Positions 21,158-33,600 of a DNA stretch of 64,000 bases are shown in pieces; the stretch's first letter is position 1, and each line of letters starts with the position of its first letter. The notes under the pieces were generated by a model. That model saw only the letters and a list, made by a program, of their open reading frames with translations. It was not told the DNA's origin and searched no databases. Source of the stretch: a virus; the IMG/VR virus record IMGVR_UViG_3300045988_167652, one strand, 5' to 3'. The translations under genes and the position numbers were made by a program.

Positions 21158-22342
21158 ATGGGAATATTATCAATGGATAACGTCTTAGATGACGAAAAAA
21201 TAGTAGAAAATATATTTAGTGATTCACCCTTTCCAAATGAGGAAAATAAGACTGAAACTTCAGAGGAAGATAAGTCTAAAGAAGAATCAAATAAAGAAAA
21301 AAACAACAATAAACCACTTAGTGAACAGGAAGTAGTAGAATTATTTAATAATAATACTGCAACTGTGGAGAGCGTAGCTAAGGAAGAAAAAGGTAAGGAG
21401 AACACCTCTTCTATTAAAGAAGAAAAAGAAAAAGATGATACTCCTGATAATAACTTTTACTCTTCCATTGCTTCAGCTTTAATGGGGGATGGTGTTCTTA
21501 GCCTTACTCTTTCTGATGAGGAATTAGGTAATATTAAAACACCTGAAGATTTTACAGAACTAATCACTAAGGAAATTAATAACAGGTTTGATGAATCTCA
21601 AAGAAGATTAAAAGAAGCACTTGATTTAGGTATTAATCCTAAAGAAATCAAATCTTATGAAGATACTATTAATAATCTTCAGAATCTTAGAAACCAAGAT
21701 TTTTCAGGTGATGATGAACCATCTATCAATCTTAGAAAACAATTAATCTTTAGAGATTTTATTAATAAAGGATTTTCAGAAGAAAAGGCTATCAGATACA
21801 CCGAAAGAAGTATTTCTACAGGAAATGATATTGAAGATGCTAAAGAAGCTCTTGAAAGTAATATAGAATACTTTGAAGCCCTTAAAAATTCTAAGTATGA
21901 AGAAGCTAAACAAAGTATTGAAAAAGAAAAAGAGAGAAAAGCTAATGAAATTAATATCTTACATAAGAAGTTTAAAGAGAATAAACAATTTGAAGGTATT
22001 GATGTAGATGAAGCCACAAGACTTAAAGCCCTTCAGAATATTACTAAAGTAGTAGGAAAAGATGAATATGGAAACCCTTTAACTGAAATACAAAAATATC
22101 AAAATGAAAATCGTGAGGAGTTTCTATATAAATTAAGTATGTTATACACTCTTACAGATGGATTTAAAAACTTTGATAGATTTGTAGCTCCTAAAGTAAA
22201 TAAAGAATATAAGAAAAATGTAAAAGACTTAGCTAATAAGCTTAACTTAACTAATAGAGATATGTTTGGTAATGTAGAACAAAGAATAGATACTAAAGAC
22301 ACTAATTCTTATTCAGGACTTACAGTTCCAGACTTGTTTTAA
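21158..22342 (+). CDS. Putative scaffolding protein (acidic, coiled coil)
   Basis: 394-aa TAG-free ORF immediately upstream of the MCP gene, highly charged and helical. Function assigned by position only. Confidence 0.55.
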   Translation: MGILSMDNVLDDEKIVENIFSDSPFPNEENKTETSEEDKSKEESNKEKNNNKPLSEQEVVELFNNNTATVESVAKEEKGKENTSSIKEEKEKDDTPDNNFYSSIASALMGDGVLSLTLSDEELGNIKTPEDFTELITKEINNRFDESQRRLKEALDLGINPKEIKSYEDTINNLQNLRNQDFSGDDEPSINLRKQLIFRDFINKGFSEEKAIRYTERSISTGNDIEDAKEALESNIEYFEALKNSKYEEAKQSIEKEKERKANEINILHKKFKENKQFEGIDVDEATRLKALQNITKVVGKDEYGNPLTEIQKYQNENREEFLYKLSMLYTLTDGFKNFDRFVAPKVNKEYKKNVKDLANKLNLTNRDMFGNVEQRIDTKDTNSYSGLTVPDLF

Positions 22343-22406
22343 AATAGTTTCAAATAATATATAGAACGATTTATAACTTTAAAGAAATAACTTAAATTTA
22401 ATAATT

Positions 22407-23909
22407 ATGGCAAAATTGAATCCGTATGAAATGGTATCTTTCTCAAGTTGGAAAGGTATTTCACTTGAAAATCACTTTAATTCTTTGGCTTAGACAAGTC
22501 CACAGCTTGCTACTACTTAGATGATCAGGCTTCTTGAAGCTAAACGAAAAGGAAATTATTTGGAAGGAATTTTGAGTAAATTTCCTACTAAAGTGTTTGA
22601 TAATGATACTTATTATTACTGGCATGTAGTAGGTGCTTAGTATGTTCATGGTATCCTTGTAGAAGCACGTGATAAAGAAGGTCAACCTATTAATGTAAGT
22701 ACTTTTGTAGGAGTTAATGGCGATGAATTTTATCTGGTATTCCGTGAAGATGTATTTGCTAAAGGAGAAATGATTGTAGGAGAACTTAATGAAGAATATC
22801 CTATTCTTATTAAGGAAGCTGCTGTCATGGAAGGGAGTAATGCAGTTTATAAATGTGAACTGTATGGTAATGTTTAGGAATTTGGTATGCCTTATGAGGA
22901 GCTTGTAGAAGGAAAAAGATTTAGTGCTGAATATAATCCTGTACCTTCAGAACTTTCAAGAGAAGCTGGAGATGTAAGATTTACCAGTGCATCAAAGATG
23001 GAAAATGAATGGTCTACTCTTCGTCTTCAACATAAAGTTCCTGGTAGTGCTATGGATAGAAAATTGGCTATCGGCCTTCCTTTTCAAAAAGAAGATGGAA
23101 GTATTGTAGTAAATACTATGTGGATGCAGCATGTTGAATGGACTGTAGAAAAAACTTTCTCAGAACAGAAAAACAGATGTTTGATGTTTGGAGTATCGAA
23201 TAGAAATTCTAATGGTGAGTATGTAAATATTGATAGTCGTACAGGTATGGTTATTAAGACTGGTGATGGTCTTAGAAAACTTCAATCTTATAATGGTACT
23301 ATTTATTATACCGACTTTAGTCTTTCATTGATTGAAAAAGCTCTTTATGATATTACTGATGGCACTGATGAAATCGGAGGTGTTTTTCTTATGAAAACAG
23401 GAAAACGTGGTGCTGCTTTATTTAATCGTGCAGTAATGGATAAAATTTCAGGATGGGAGAGATTTGAACTTTCAGCTTCAGATTTGGGAATAGTAAAACG
23501 TACTAATTCAAATCTTCATGATACTGCTCTTTCTGTAGGTTATCAGTTTACTGAATATCGTGCTCCTATGGGAATTATAGTAAAACTTGAAGTTGATCCT
23601 ATGTATGATGATCCTGAAAGAAATAAACTTCGTCATCCTCTTGGAGGCCTTGCCGAATCTTATAGATTTGATATTTATAAGATGGGAAGCAAAGACAATC
23701 CTAATGTTCAGTTGGCAATAAATAAAATGCACCTTGAACAAAGAGGTTATCAAAGTGGATTCCGTAATCCTTATACAGGAAAGAATAACATTGAATTTAT
23801 GTCTACTGATGAAGATAGTGCAAAAATTCATCGTTATTGGCAAGGTGGAGTAATTTGTTATGACATGGGAATGGTTAAAAGTTTAGTTCCCTGTTGTGCA
23901 GCTGGATAA
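22407..23909 (+). CDS. Major capsid protein (HK97-fold, crAss-like)
   Basis: ATG 22407 is in frame with track ORF 22887-23909. 4 in-frame TAGs at 22491, 22518, 22638 and 22875. About 500 aa, followed by a strong hairpin. Sequence and position are as in crAss-like MCPs. Confidence 0.8.
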
Positions 23910-23923
23910 TAAATAATATAAAA

Positions 23924-23949
23924 GGAGAGGGTATTAAGTTATCCTCTCC
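23924..23949 (+). terminator. Stem-loop after the MCP gene (possible terminator or RNA-stability hairpin)
   Basis: GGAGAGG (23924-23930) pairs with CCTCTCC (23943-23949) and can be extended by GTA/TAT. There is no clear U-tract. Confidence 0.45.
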
Positions 23950-23982
23950 CATATTAATAACTAATTAAAAATTAATGAAGCA

Positions 23983-25017
23983 ATGGGAAGAAAACCTTAT
24001 AAATCAGGAGAAAATAATATGGAAATGGTAAATGAAAATTCAATGGAAGGGATTGTAGGAGTTCCTGAAGCTGAAGAAATAAAAGAAACAGTAAAACCTT
24101 CCTACACTACTAACAACTACACTTACAAAGAAGAAGAAGTAGCAAGTGGAGAAGGACTAATTAATTGTCTACAGAATAGAAAAGTAACTATTCAGTTTAT
24201 AAAAAGACAAAGAGGTAATATAACGAATAAAGACCATTTCTTTTATGGTGGGTTAGCACAAAAAGGAACATTCTTTGTATGTGTGCCTCTACTTAAAACA
24301 GGACAATTAATGAATATTCTTACCGATGATGAAAAAAATTATCTTGAATATGCGTTAGGATTACCTAAAAATTCACTCAGTATTTATGCTAAAAAAGATA
24401 ACTTCTGGCATAATAGAGGATTTACAATTGGTAAGGAAGGAATCACACTTGATTTAAGTTCTCCTATGGATTATATCTATTATAAGATAGCACAAGCAAA
24501 CGGTAATCTTATTTGTAAATCTGTAAAAGAATTACAAGATAAACCTAAAGCTACTTATATGTTTGTTATAGTAGATGATACCAGTAAGAAGGAACTTGAA
24601 ACTGTAGAAACCGATATTAATATTAAAGCATGGATTAATTTTGGTAAGATTCAAACTGATAAATACACAATGGTAACTATTATAGAACTTATGACAGGAA
24701 AACCATTTAATGTATTTCAAGATATTAACATAGTTAAGAATGCTCTTAATAATTTAATTAAGAAAGATGCTAAACTATTCCTTAACTTTGTAGAAGATAA
24801 GATGATTGGTTTTAAAACCCTTATTAAGAAAGGAATTGCACTTAACTTAATTTCAAAAAGAGATAATTATTACTACATTAAAGAAACAAATGAACCTATG
24901 TGTGGCAGTAATGAAACCCCTAATTTAAATATGGCTGCAAAATGGTTAGCTGATCCTACAAATCAAGAGTTTAAATTTAGTATTGAAGCTAAATATGAAG
25001 CTCAAAAGAAAGCATAA
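23983..25017 (+). CDS. Conserved virion-module protein of unknown function (344 aa)
   Basis: Intact TAG-free ORF downstream of the MCP gene. Confidence 0.7.
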   Translation: MGRKPYKSGENNMEMVNENSMEGIVGVPEAEEIKETVKPSYTTNNYTYKEEEVASGEGLINCLQNRKVTIQFIKRQRGNITNKDHFFYGGLAQKGTFFVCVPLLKTGQLMNILTDDEKNYLEYALGLPKNSLSIYAKKDNFWHNRGFTIGKEGITLDLSSPMDYIYYKIAQANGNLICKSVKELQDKPKATYMFVIVDDTSKKELETVETDINIKAWINFGKIQTDKYTMVTIIELMTGKPFNVFQDINIVKNALNNLIKKDAKLFLNFVEDKMIGFKTLIKKGIALNLISKRDNYYYIKETNEPMCGSNETPNLNMAAKWLADPTNQEFKFSIEAKYEAQKKA

Positions 25018-25033
25018 TTAAAACTATAATAAT

Positions 25034-25762
25034 ATGACAAGAACTGAATTTTTATACGAATTTAATCTGGGCTATAATAATATTAATAATAATAGAGTAG
25101 CACCAGGTCTAAATGAATATGAAATTTCTGTATTCTTAACAATGGCTTAGGAACAAATAGTAAAGAATTATTTTAATCCTAAAGGAAATAAATATGGAGA
25201 AGGAGTGGGAGGTTCTATTAAAAGAGATCATGACTTTTCATCACTCATAACTAATATATCTCTTTCTCCTACATATGGTGCAGGGATTGATCCAAGAAGT
25301 ATGTTATTTACTTTACCTGATAATGTTTTATTTCCACTTAATGAATTTGTATTTTTCAATTAGGAAAATGTAAAGGTAAAATCAGTAGTTCCCATATCTC
25401 ATGAAGAATATCAAAGATTAATGACTAAACCTTTCAAAAGTCCTAAAAAGAATTAGGCATGGAAATTAACTTCAGGCGGAACTAATATAGAGATTATATG
25501 TGATTCAAGGGGAATATAGTAGTATTCTTTAAGATATGTAAGAAAACCGTATCCTATAATAGTAGAAAACTTAAATACTCTTTCACCTGAATTAAGTATT
25601 AATGGAGAAACTGTTCCTTATGATTTTTCTCACAAACATAATTCCGAACTTGATGAATCTCTTCATAGAGAAATAGTAAGAAGAGCCATTGAAATTGCTA
25701 AGGCTGATTATAAGCATTCAGATTTACAAAGTACTTTAATTGTTAATCAAAGAACCGAATAA
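25034..25762 (+). CDS. Head-completion or connector-type protein (paralog A)
   Basis: 242 codons hand-translated. N-terminus parallels the next gene (MT..EF..EF ... EYE.SV.LT.A-Q-E-Q-I.K.Y). Several in-frame TAGs. Confidence 0.6.
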
Positions 25763-25764
25763 CT

Positions 25765-26538
25765 ATGACTACAGTAGAATTTAGTAATGAATTTGATATT
25801 TTATTAAATAGTTACAGAGATTTAAAATCTTATGGTAATACGGAAAGTATTACTTCGGTAGAACTTGATGAATATGAAAAATCGGTTTTACTTACTACTG
25901 CTTAGGAATAGATTATTAAAGAATATTATACAGGAAAGAATGTATTTGGAGATAGCTTTGAAGAAAAAGAAGAAGTAAGAAAATATTTAGATACTCTTAT
26001 TAAATTCGGAGTAGCAGCTAAAGAAAATATTCCTACTATAAGAGCATTAGATAATATTAGAAGACAATTTTTTAAAATAAAAGATGATACCTGGTTTATT
26101 ATTTATGAAGAAGCTGAAACGGATATTGATAATTCTATATGTGATTCTGTTATTACTATTCCTGTAACTCCTGTAACTTATGATAGATTTCATAGAACTA
26201 TTAGAAATCCGTTTAAATTTAAAGGAAAAAGAATTGCTTTAAGAATGGATATAGGAAACAATTTAATAGAATTAGTATCGGAAAAAAATATTAATCAATA
26301 TAGATATAAATATATAATTAAACCAAAACCTATTATACTCGTAGATTTAAATAATAGTATTCATCCTTTAAGTATTGATGGAAAAAGTAATATAACTGAA
26401 TGTGAATTAAATCCTGCAATACATAGAGATATTCTTGAAAGAGCCGTACTTTTAGCTTCAAATAAATTTAGTATTAATCAGGCTTTAGTAAGACAAAAAC
26501 AGCAAGAATAGGAAAGAAATTACAGAAATGAAAATTAA
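25765..26538 (+). CDS. Head-completion or connector-type protein (paralog B)
   Basis: 257 codons. In frame with track ORF 26245-26511 and extended past TAG 26509 to TAA 26536. N-terminal similarity to 25034-25762. Confidence 0.6.
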
Positions 26539-26589
26539 TAATTAAAAAGAAATTTAATAACTTATTGTTTAACTAAATACTTAAATAAA

Positions 26590-27516
26590 ATGGTAGTATT
26601 TTCTCAAAATCAAGTAAGACATCTTTATGTAGCTAAAGATTATAAAGCTACTCCTGTAGCATCTACAGATGCTCTTGGCACTATTAGTGTAAGTAAAGAT
26701 AAAGAAGGTGACTTTTATATTAATCATGTAGGACATGATGGAGTTACTCGTAGTGATGTAATTAAAAAGGATAAAGTAAAATGGGTAAGGCTTACTAAAG
26801 CCGCTTCTCTTAATCCTAAGATGGCTAAGTATAAAATTATTCTTGATACTGCTGTTAATGGTGGTAATCCTGTAGTAGGTCAAGAATATATGATTTCTGT
26901 ACTTTTTTCTAATTACAAGAATGCAGGTCCACTTAGTCAGATGTATAAATATGGTGTAGCCAAAGCCTTTGCAGGAATGACTACTGCTAATCTTATTAAA
27001 GCTCTTGCAGAAAGTCTTCAAGGTAACTTTAAACGTGAAAAATATCCTATGGCTAAAATTACGTTTGATGCTACTTCAATTACTGTTGAAGAAACTGAAA
27101 ATTATTGGAAACTGGGTGAATCATGTTATTATCGTAATAATATTATTATAGAAGCATAGCCAATTGAAATTTCAGGGACAGCTATTTAGTGGGCTAAAGT
27201 AACCAAAGAAGCATCCACTACTACTGTTAAAGATGGTAAATTGATAGCTGACATGGAATATTTCTTCTATAATAATCGTACTGGTGGAGCATAGCATCAT
27301 TATCCTAAAATGTTTGAATCAACTTTGATGGTTGATCCTTCTCATGAATTTGATATTCTTGACATTGGTTATTATCAATCTGGTGAAGGTATTAATTCTG
27401 ACAGGTCTGAAGTTGTTCTTACTATAGTAATGGATGAGACAGCTAAACCTAATTTAAGTGATGATGTAAAAACAGGTATTAATACTGTTCTCCCTGCCGA
27501 TAAACAATTACCGTGA
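26590..27516 (+). CDS. Virion protein, possibly the auxiliary capsid protein (by position, fourth gene after MCP)
   Basis: Fragments 26590-27159 and 27310-27516 share a frame, joined across 3 TAGs. TGA at 27514. Followed by a terminator. Confidence 0.6.
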
Positions 27517-27544
27517 TAATTAATTTTAACTAAGTAAAGTATTT

Positions 27545-27580
27545 AAGGATAGTAGATTTAATTCTGCTATCCTTATTTTT
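27545..27580 (+). terminator. Rho-independent terminator
   Basis: AAGGATAG (27545-27552) pairs with CTATCCTT (27567-27574), followed by ATTTTTG. Confidence 0.55.
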
Positions 27581-27622
27581 GTATTTAATAATAAATAAAA
27601 ATAACATATAAATTAATATAGT

Positions 27623-28207
27623 ATGATACACTTTAAATAGTTACAAATAACTCCTGATAATAAGAAAGTTATTATTGAAGCATCCATATCTTAGTCTATG
27701 CCTTTTAAAGGATTTTATATAGATGAAATATTTATAGAACCATATCAAAACTTTACAGACACTCAAACTATGAGTAATAACAAAACTCCTTTTTCTTTAA
27801 AAATACACAAAGAAAAGAAGATAAAACAAGTTAGATTAGAATTGACAAGTATAGATTTTACTAATTACTCCATTAAAAAAGGTGATTTATTATTTGTATA
27901 TGTAAGAGTAAAATTCATTAAAGAAGATGCTGGGAATGTTATTCCTACATGTACTTAGGATAAAGAAGTTACTATAGGAGTAGCTTATAATAAATATGAT
28001 ATATACCATAAGATTATAAGCTATATTAAAGAACTTGATTGTTGTGAAGTGCCTAAACATTTTATTAATTGGTATCTTAGATGGAAAGCCATAGAAATAG
28101 CTGAAAAAACTTGTAATTATTCTTCTTTAGTAGAATTATGGAAGAAGTTTTCAAGAAGTCCTTTAAAAGGAAATAAGTTAAATTCAAATTGTGGATGTAA
28201 TGGATAA
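27623..28207 (+). CDS. Hypothetical structural-module protein (194 codons)
   Basis: ATG 27623 is in frame with track ORF 27698-27958. Joined across TAGs at 27638, 27689 and 27956. TAA at 28205. Confidence 0.5.
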
Positions 28208-28445
28208 TCAAATATTTAACTCTTTAGATTAGTACTTTAAGACCTTATCGAATTATGGTTATATGAGTTATGACCATACTTATGATATGATGCTTATGAT
28301 TATTGTTCAAGATATTATTACTAACTTTGCATGTATAATAACTTAGGAAGACTATCAAATGATGAGTTCTTTACTTGAGTGTAAATATGGAACTTCCTGT
28401 TTAATGCCTTATCCTGAGTTTAGAAAATGTAATAAAACAAAATAA
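28200..28445 (+). CDS. Hypothetical small protein (81 codons)
   Basis: ATG overlaps the upstream stop (ATGGATAA). 2 in-frame TAGs. TAA at 28443. Confidence 0.4.
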
Positions 28446-28452
28446 TAATATC

Positions 28453-29136
28453 ATGACTTACGGAGAAGCTGTTTATATGATTCTTGATCAATTGAAACTA
28501 ACATCCGATGATGCTAATTTTAATGAAAATCATGTTATATTCTTACTTAATAAGTATAGAGCTTTAGCTATTAAAGAAGAATATGAAAGAACTAAAAAGG
28601 AACTTGATGAATCAAATAAACAATTATTATGTTTAGATTTAATTGAAGTTCCGGCTATTTCAGGAGAAGTATGTGAAGAAGGAACTTATCTTAGAAGCGT
28701 AAATAAACTTCCTAAAATTTTAAATCTTCATCATAATGATATTCAAGTTACTATTATGGATTATTTTAATAGTAACATATCATATGTTTCAGTAGATAGA
28801 TTTAGATGGGTAGGACATAATAAATGGCTAAAAAATATTATTTATGCTACTATAGCTCCTGATAATTATGTTTATTTAAAATCTGATAATCCACAGTTTC
28901 TTTATCTTGAAAAAATAAAATTATCAGCCATATTTGAAGACCCTGAAAAAGTACAAGATTTATTATGTGATAAAGAAAATTTTGATACTATATGTGATAT
29001 ACTCGAAAGAGATTTTCCTGTAGAAATGGCATTAGTTCCTTCCATACTTGAAAGAGTAAGAAGAGAACTTTATCAATCTTTATATAATAAAGAAGATGAA
29101 AATAATAATGCAAAAGATGATTTAGCTGAAAGATAA
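28453..29136 (+). CDS. Conserved structural-module protein (227 aa)
   Basis: Intact TAG-free ORF. Confidence 0.7.
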   Translation: MTYGEAVYMILDQLKLTSDDANFNENHVIFLLNKYRALAIKEEYERTKKELDESNKQLLCLDLIEVPAISGEVCEEGTYLRSVNKLPKILNLHHNDIQVTIMDYFNSNISYVSVDRFRWVGHNKWLKNIIYATIAPDNYVYLKSDNPQFLYLEKIKLSAIFEDPEKVQDLLCDKENFDTICDILERDFPVEMALVPSILERVRRELYQSLYNKEDENNNAKDDLAER

Positions 29137-29181
29137 ATTAAAATATAAACTAAAAGACAGTATAGATAATATAGTACAAAT

Positions 29182-29904
29182 ATGGATGGAAATAAGGTAG
29201 GGTTTGGGGGGTATGTGGAAATAAGGCCTAATTGTAATGACATTAAATAGGAAAACAATAGTAATATTATTACAAAAAGAAAAAGAGGAAGACCAAGAAA
29301 AGGTGAAGAAGTTATAAAGAAATCAAAGAGAGGAAGGCATAAAAAAGCAGGTAGAAAAAGAAAGAAAAAACTAAGTAAATATGTAATAGTTAATCATAAA
29401 AGAATACTTAGAACTACTTATAATAAACTCTTTGTAGAACCTGTAAAACAAACTAAACTTGGTAGATATCATAAAGTACTATATGCTTATCATTATTTTA
29501 GATATTGTAGAAAAAACTGTAGAGAAAAATATAACAGAGGAAATTCAATAAGTGAAAAAGAATTTTATAAACTTTTTAGTAGAGCTATTGAATTAATGAC
29601 TGAAAGTTTATGTTAGTATCAATATCTTACCATACCTTATTTAGGAGAAATATCTATAAAACATAATAATAAAATCACTTATAATGGTAAGTATAAAAAA
29701 TGTATCAATTATCCTAAAACAGTGGATAGATTTTAGAAAACAGGAGAGAAGAAAGTAATATATTCCTATATAAAAAGAGATTATAAGATATATTTTAAAT
29801 GTGGTACAAGACTATATGACAAACTAAAATTTAAACCTTCAAGATTATTGAAAGATAAAATCGACGAATATAATGAAACACTAAAAAATGAAATTAATAT
29901 ATAA
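29182..29904 (+). CDS. Putative DNA-binding protein with an AT-hook (RGRPRKG) and a possible HU/IHF-like C-terminal domain
   Basis: Hand translation of 240 codons: ...TKRKRGRPRKGEEVIKKSKRGRHKKAGRKRKKK... then a beta-rich C-terminus. 3 in-frame TAGs. crAss-like structural modules are known to carry IHF-like genes. Confidence 0.5.
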
Positions 29905-29912
29905 TACATACT

Positions 29913-30572
29913 ATGGCTAATATAAGAGTTATTTTAGATAAATTATCCAGACATCCATTACTAAAGAGATTATCTTTAGATGCTGTAATTGATTATACAG
30001 TAGAATTCATGGAAAAAACAAGGGTACTTAAAGATTTACAAGAAAAAGAAACTGATCTTGAAGTAAATAGTTATGTAGCATAGTTACCTTGTGATTTCTT
30101 TAAAATAAAAAGCATACATTATAATAATTATGAAATGCTTCCTTCAACTTCTATAAGAATAAAAGATAAAAATGTTATTCCTACTTATAAAGTAGTAAAC
30201 AGAAAACTATAGACTTCTATAGAAGAAGGAAATGTTACTTTAGAATATTATGCTATAGCAACAGACAAAGATGATTTACCTGTTATTCCTGAAAACTCTT
30301 TTTTTCAAAAGACACTGTATAGTTATATAAAGAAAGAGGAATTTTCAATTCTTTATGATTTAGGTGAAATAAGAAAAGATGTATATGAAGATGCTTGTTA
30401 GAAATATGCTTGGGAAGTTGGTTAGTATCAGAGTTCACAGCATGAATTAAATGATGGAACTATGTAGAATATAGCTAATATTCAAGGAACAGTTATTCCT
30501 GATAAATATAATTTCCATAAGGGTTATGGAAATATAAACAGATCATAGAAATTAGTAATACATAATACATAA
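29913..30572 (+). CDS. Hypothetical structural-module protein (219 codons)
   Basis: Hand translation with 6 in-frame TAGs. TAA at 30570. Confidence 0.55.
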
Positions 30573-30622
30573 GACAACTATGAACCTACCCAACAAACTT
30601 ACACATTTAAATTATTAATACT

Positions 30623-33600
30623 ATGTTAAAACAATAGCAATATATTATAAGAGGAATGCAAAGAGATGCTTCTCCAAGTAAATTTAATAAAGAATTTGCT
30701 TATGAGAATCGTAATATCAGGATTACATGTAATGATGATAATACACTATTTTCATGTACTAATGAAAAAGGGCATTTACCTCTTACTTTACTTAATAAAA
30801 CTCACGGGTGGACTACTTAGCAACATTATCTTCCAGGTAAATGTATAGGACAAAATGTATTGAATAACTATCTTACCTTATTTACAAAAGAATATAATAC
30901 GGATAGAATATACAGATTACACATGGAAAATGATATAATGTATTATTATTTTTTATTTGAAGGTAATTTAGGATTTGATGAAAACTATCCTATTGAAACT
31001 GTAGGAGTATATGAATCTAAAGATATATAGAAAGTATATTTTGTAGATGGTAAAAATCAGGCAAGAATGATTAATATTTCAAATTCTGCTATACAAAAAC
31101 ATAATACAATAAGGGAAAATAATCCTAAAGGAAGTATGCTTAATTTTGTTCCTTTCTTAGAACTTAATGAACAAATTAAAGTTGAAAAAGTATATGGTTC
31201 AGGACATTTTTAGTCAGGAACTATATAGTATGCTTTTTCTTATTATAATCTTTATGGATAGGAAAGTAATATATTTCATGTAACTCCTATATATTATATT
31301 ACTCATCCTGAAAGAGGTGCATCACCAGATGAAATATGTAATTGTGTATTTAAAATAGATATAAAAAATCCTGATAGGAGATTTGATTTTTTAAATATTT
31401 ATTCAATTCATAGGACTGCTTACAATGGTTAGCCAGTAGTTAAAAATGTAGGTCAAATATCTGTAAAGAATGCTGTAAATACTTTTTATGATACGGGTAA
31501 AACAGGTATGTTAGTTGATCCTACTTATTTATTATATGCTGGAGGAGAAGAATTAATTCCCTCAACTTTTGCTTATAAAGATGGTACTTTATTTATGGGG
31601 AATATACATCTTAAAAGAAAGTTTATAGATTCAAATGTTAAGAAACAACTTAAATCATATTTAAATGAAATATCTTACAATACATAGAATGAATTACATT
31701 ATGTATATAATAAATATGAAGTATTGAAGTAGAGCAACACAAATAGTTCTTTATTTTCACTTAACCTTAATTCAAGATAGATTAAACATTTTAAATATCA
31801 AGAAGCAGTAAGATTAGGATTATAGTTTTAGCATAAATCAGGTAAATGGAGTGATGTAGTACATATAGGAGATTATATTATTAAAGCACCTATAAAAACT
31901 AATTATGAAAAGATAGACATACAAATACCAGAAATAAAATATAATAAATATACAAATACGTAGTGGTTAAAAGATAATGATTATGTTAAAGTAAGAGCTG
32001 TAGTATCTTTTCCTGAAGAATAGTCAAGATTAGTATTTACTCAAGGAGTACTTAATCCTACTATTTTTAATGCTTAGGACAGATATTTAAATACTTGTTT
32101 TTCATAGTCAAGTCCTTTCTTTAGACCTTTTCCCTCATTTAAAGAGTTTGACTTTAAAAAAATAAAAAGATTTAATTTAGACTTAACTAATTTAGATAGT
32201 ATAGAAGGATATATAGGAAAAATTGATGGGTCAGCTAAAAACAGAAAAAGTGTTCATGGATTTTATTCGGAGAGTGACGATGATTTTAGAAATACTTTAA
32301 TAGAATTAAATTCATTTGGAAATTATCATATAGAAAATAATGAAATAAGTTCACTTAATTTTGAGACTAATGTATCTGAAGGATGTAATTATAATAATTA
32401 TACTTAGGATTTAGCTACTTATGGAAGTCATATTCAGTTTAGACATAATGGAGAATTATATCCTAATTATAAAAGAGGATGTGAAATTCAAAATATGTAC
32501 AACAAACATATCTATGAACATCATGTATTTGATATAAAGAATACTAATTTTGATAATGATTATTTTGAAGATGCTGGAAGAAGATTTATTGTACAAACAT
32601 CAGAAAACTGTTATCTGTATGATGTAAAGAATAAAAAAAAAGAATTAATAGATGAGTTTATACAAAAAAGATCACATAATTATTATGTAGATTCATCTAT
32701 TATTACTATGAACTCTCCTGAAATTGATTTTAATAATAACTATAAATCAGGAACTTTTGAAGATTTAAATCTTAGAATAGTGGGTTATGTACCTTTAACA
32801 AGTAATAATTCCGATAGTTATATTGATTTAAAAGGCACTCCCATGAATGTATAGAACACGGGATTACTTCCCTTTAATGTTAATTCTGAAAATATTAATA
32901 TGATGGGATGGAAAATGAAGGCCACTTCATTAGAATATCACGATAGATTATTTAATATAGGAACTAATTATGTAAGTAAGAATAGAAGAAGATTTGTAGA
33001 AATATATCATTGGAATAATAAATTAACTAAAAGATGGATCAATGATAATGGTACAGCCAAACCATTCAAACGTAGGAATATAAGATTTGCAAGTGGTGAT
33101 GATTATTTAAAAAGAGAGGCAGTACCTATACCTAAACAAGCTTTTGATTTTAATCCTATATTCTTTACTTATAATTCAAACAGTCCTTATTATGGTAATG
33201 CTATTTATAGATAGAGATCACCTCTTACAGGAAGTAAGATTATTTTGTTTAATAGAGAAAATGGGGTATATACATTAACCGATGTATTATTTCCTTCAGA
33301 TGACTTTGGAACAGTAGTAAATTATATTAATTCACAAGCATTCAGTAATGCTATCAGTGTTCCTAATAGTAATTGGATAGAATATGATCCTAATCCATAG
33401 GAAGGAGGAGGTGATGGTAATCTTGCTGCATTTCAAGCTCAAGTAGAAACTACTGTAGGAGTAATACTTCTTCCTGATGATGATTCCGGATGGAACAGTA
33501 AAAAAGAAAATGATACTAATAAAGAAGAAATCGATTTAAGATTTATGTTTCCTGTGTATCCTTTTCATTCAAATTCTTCCCTACTAAATGATATGAGAAA

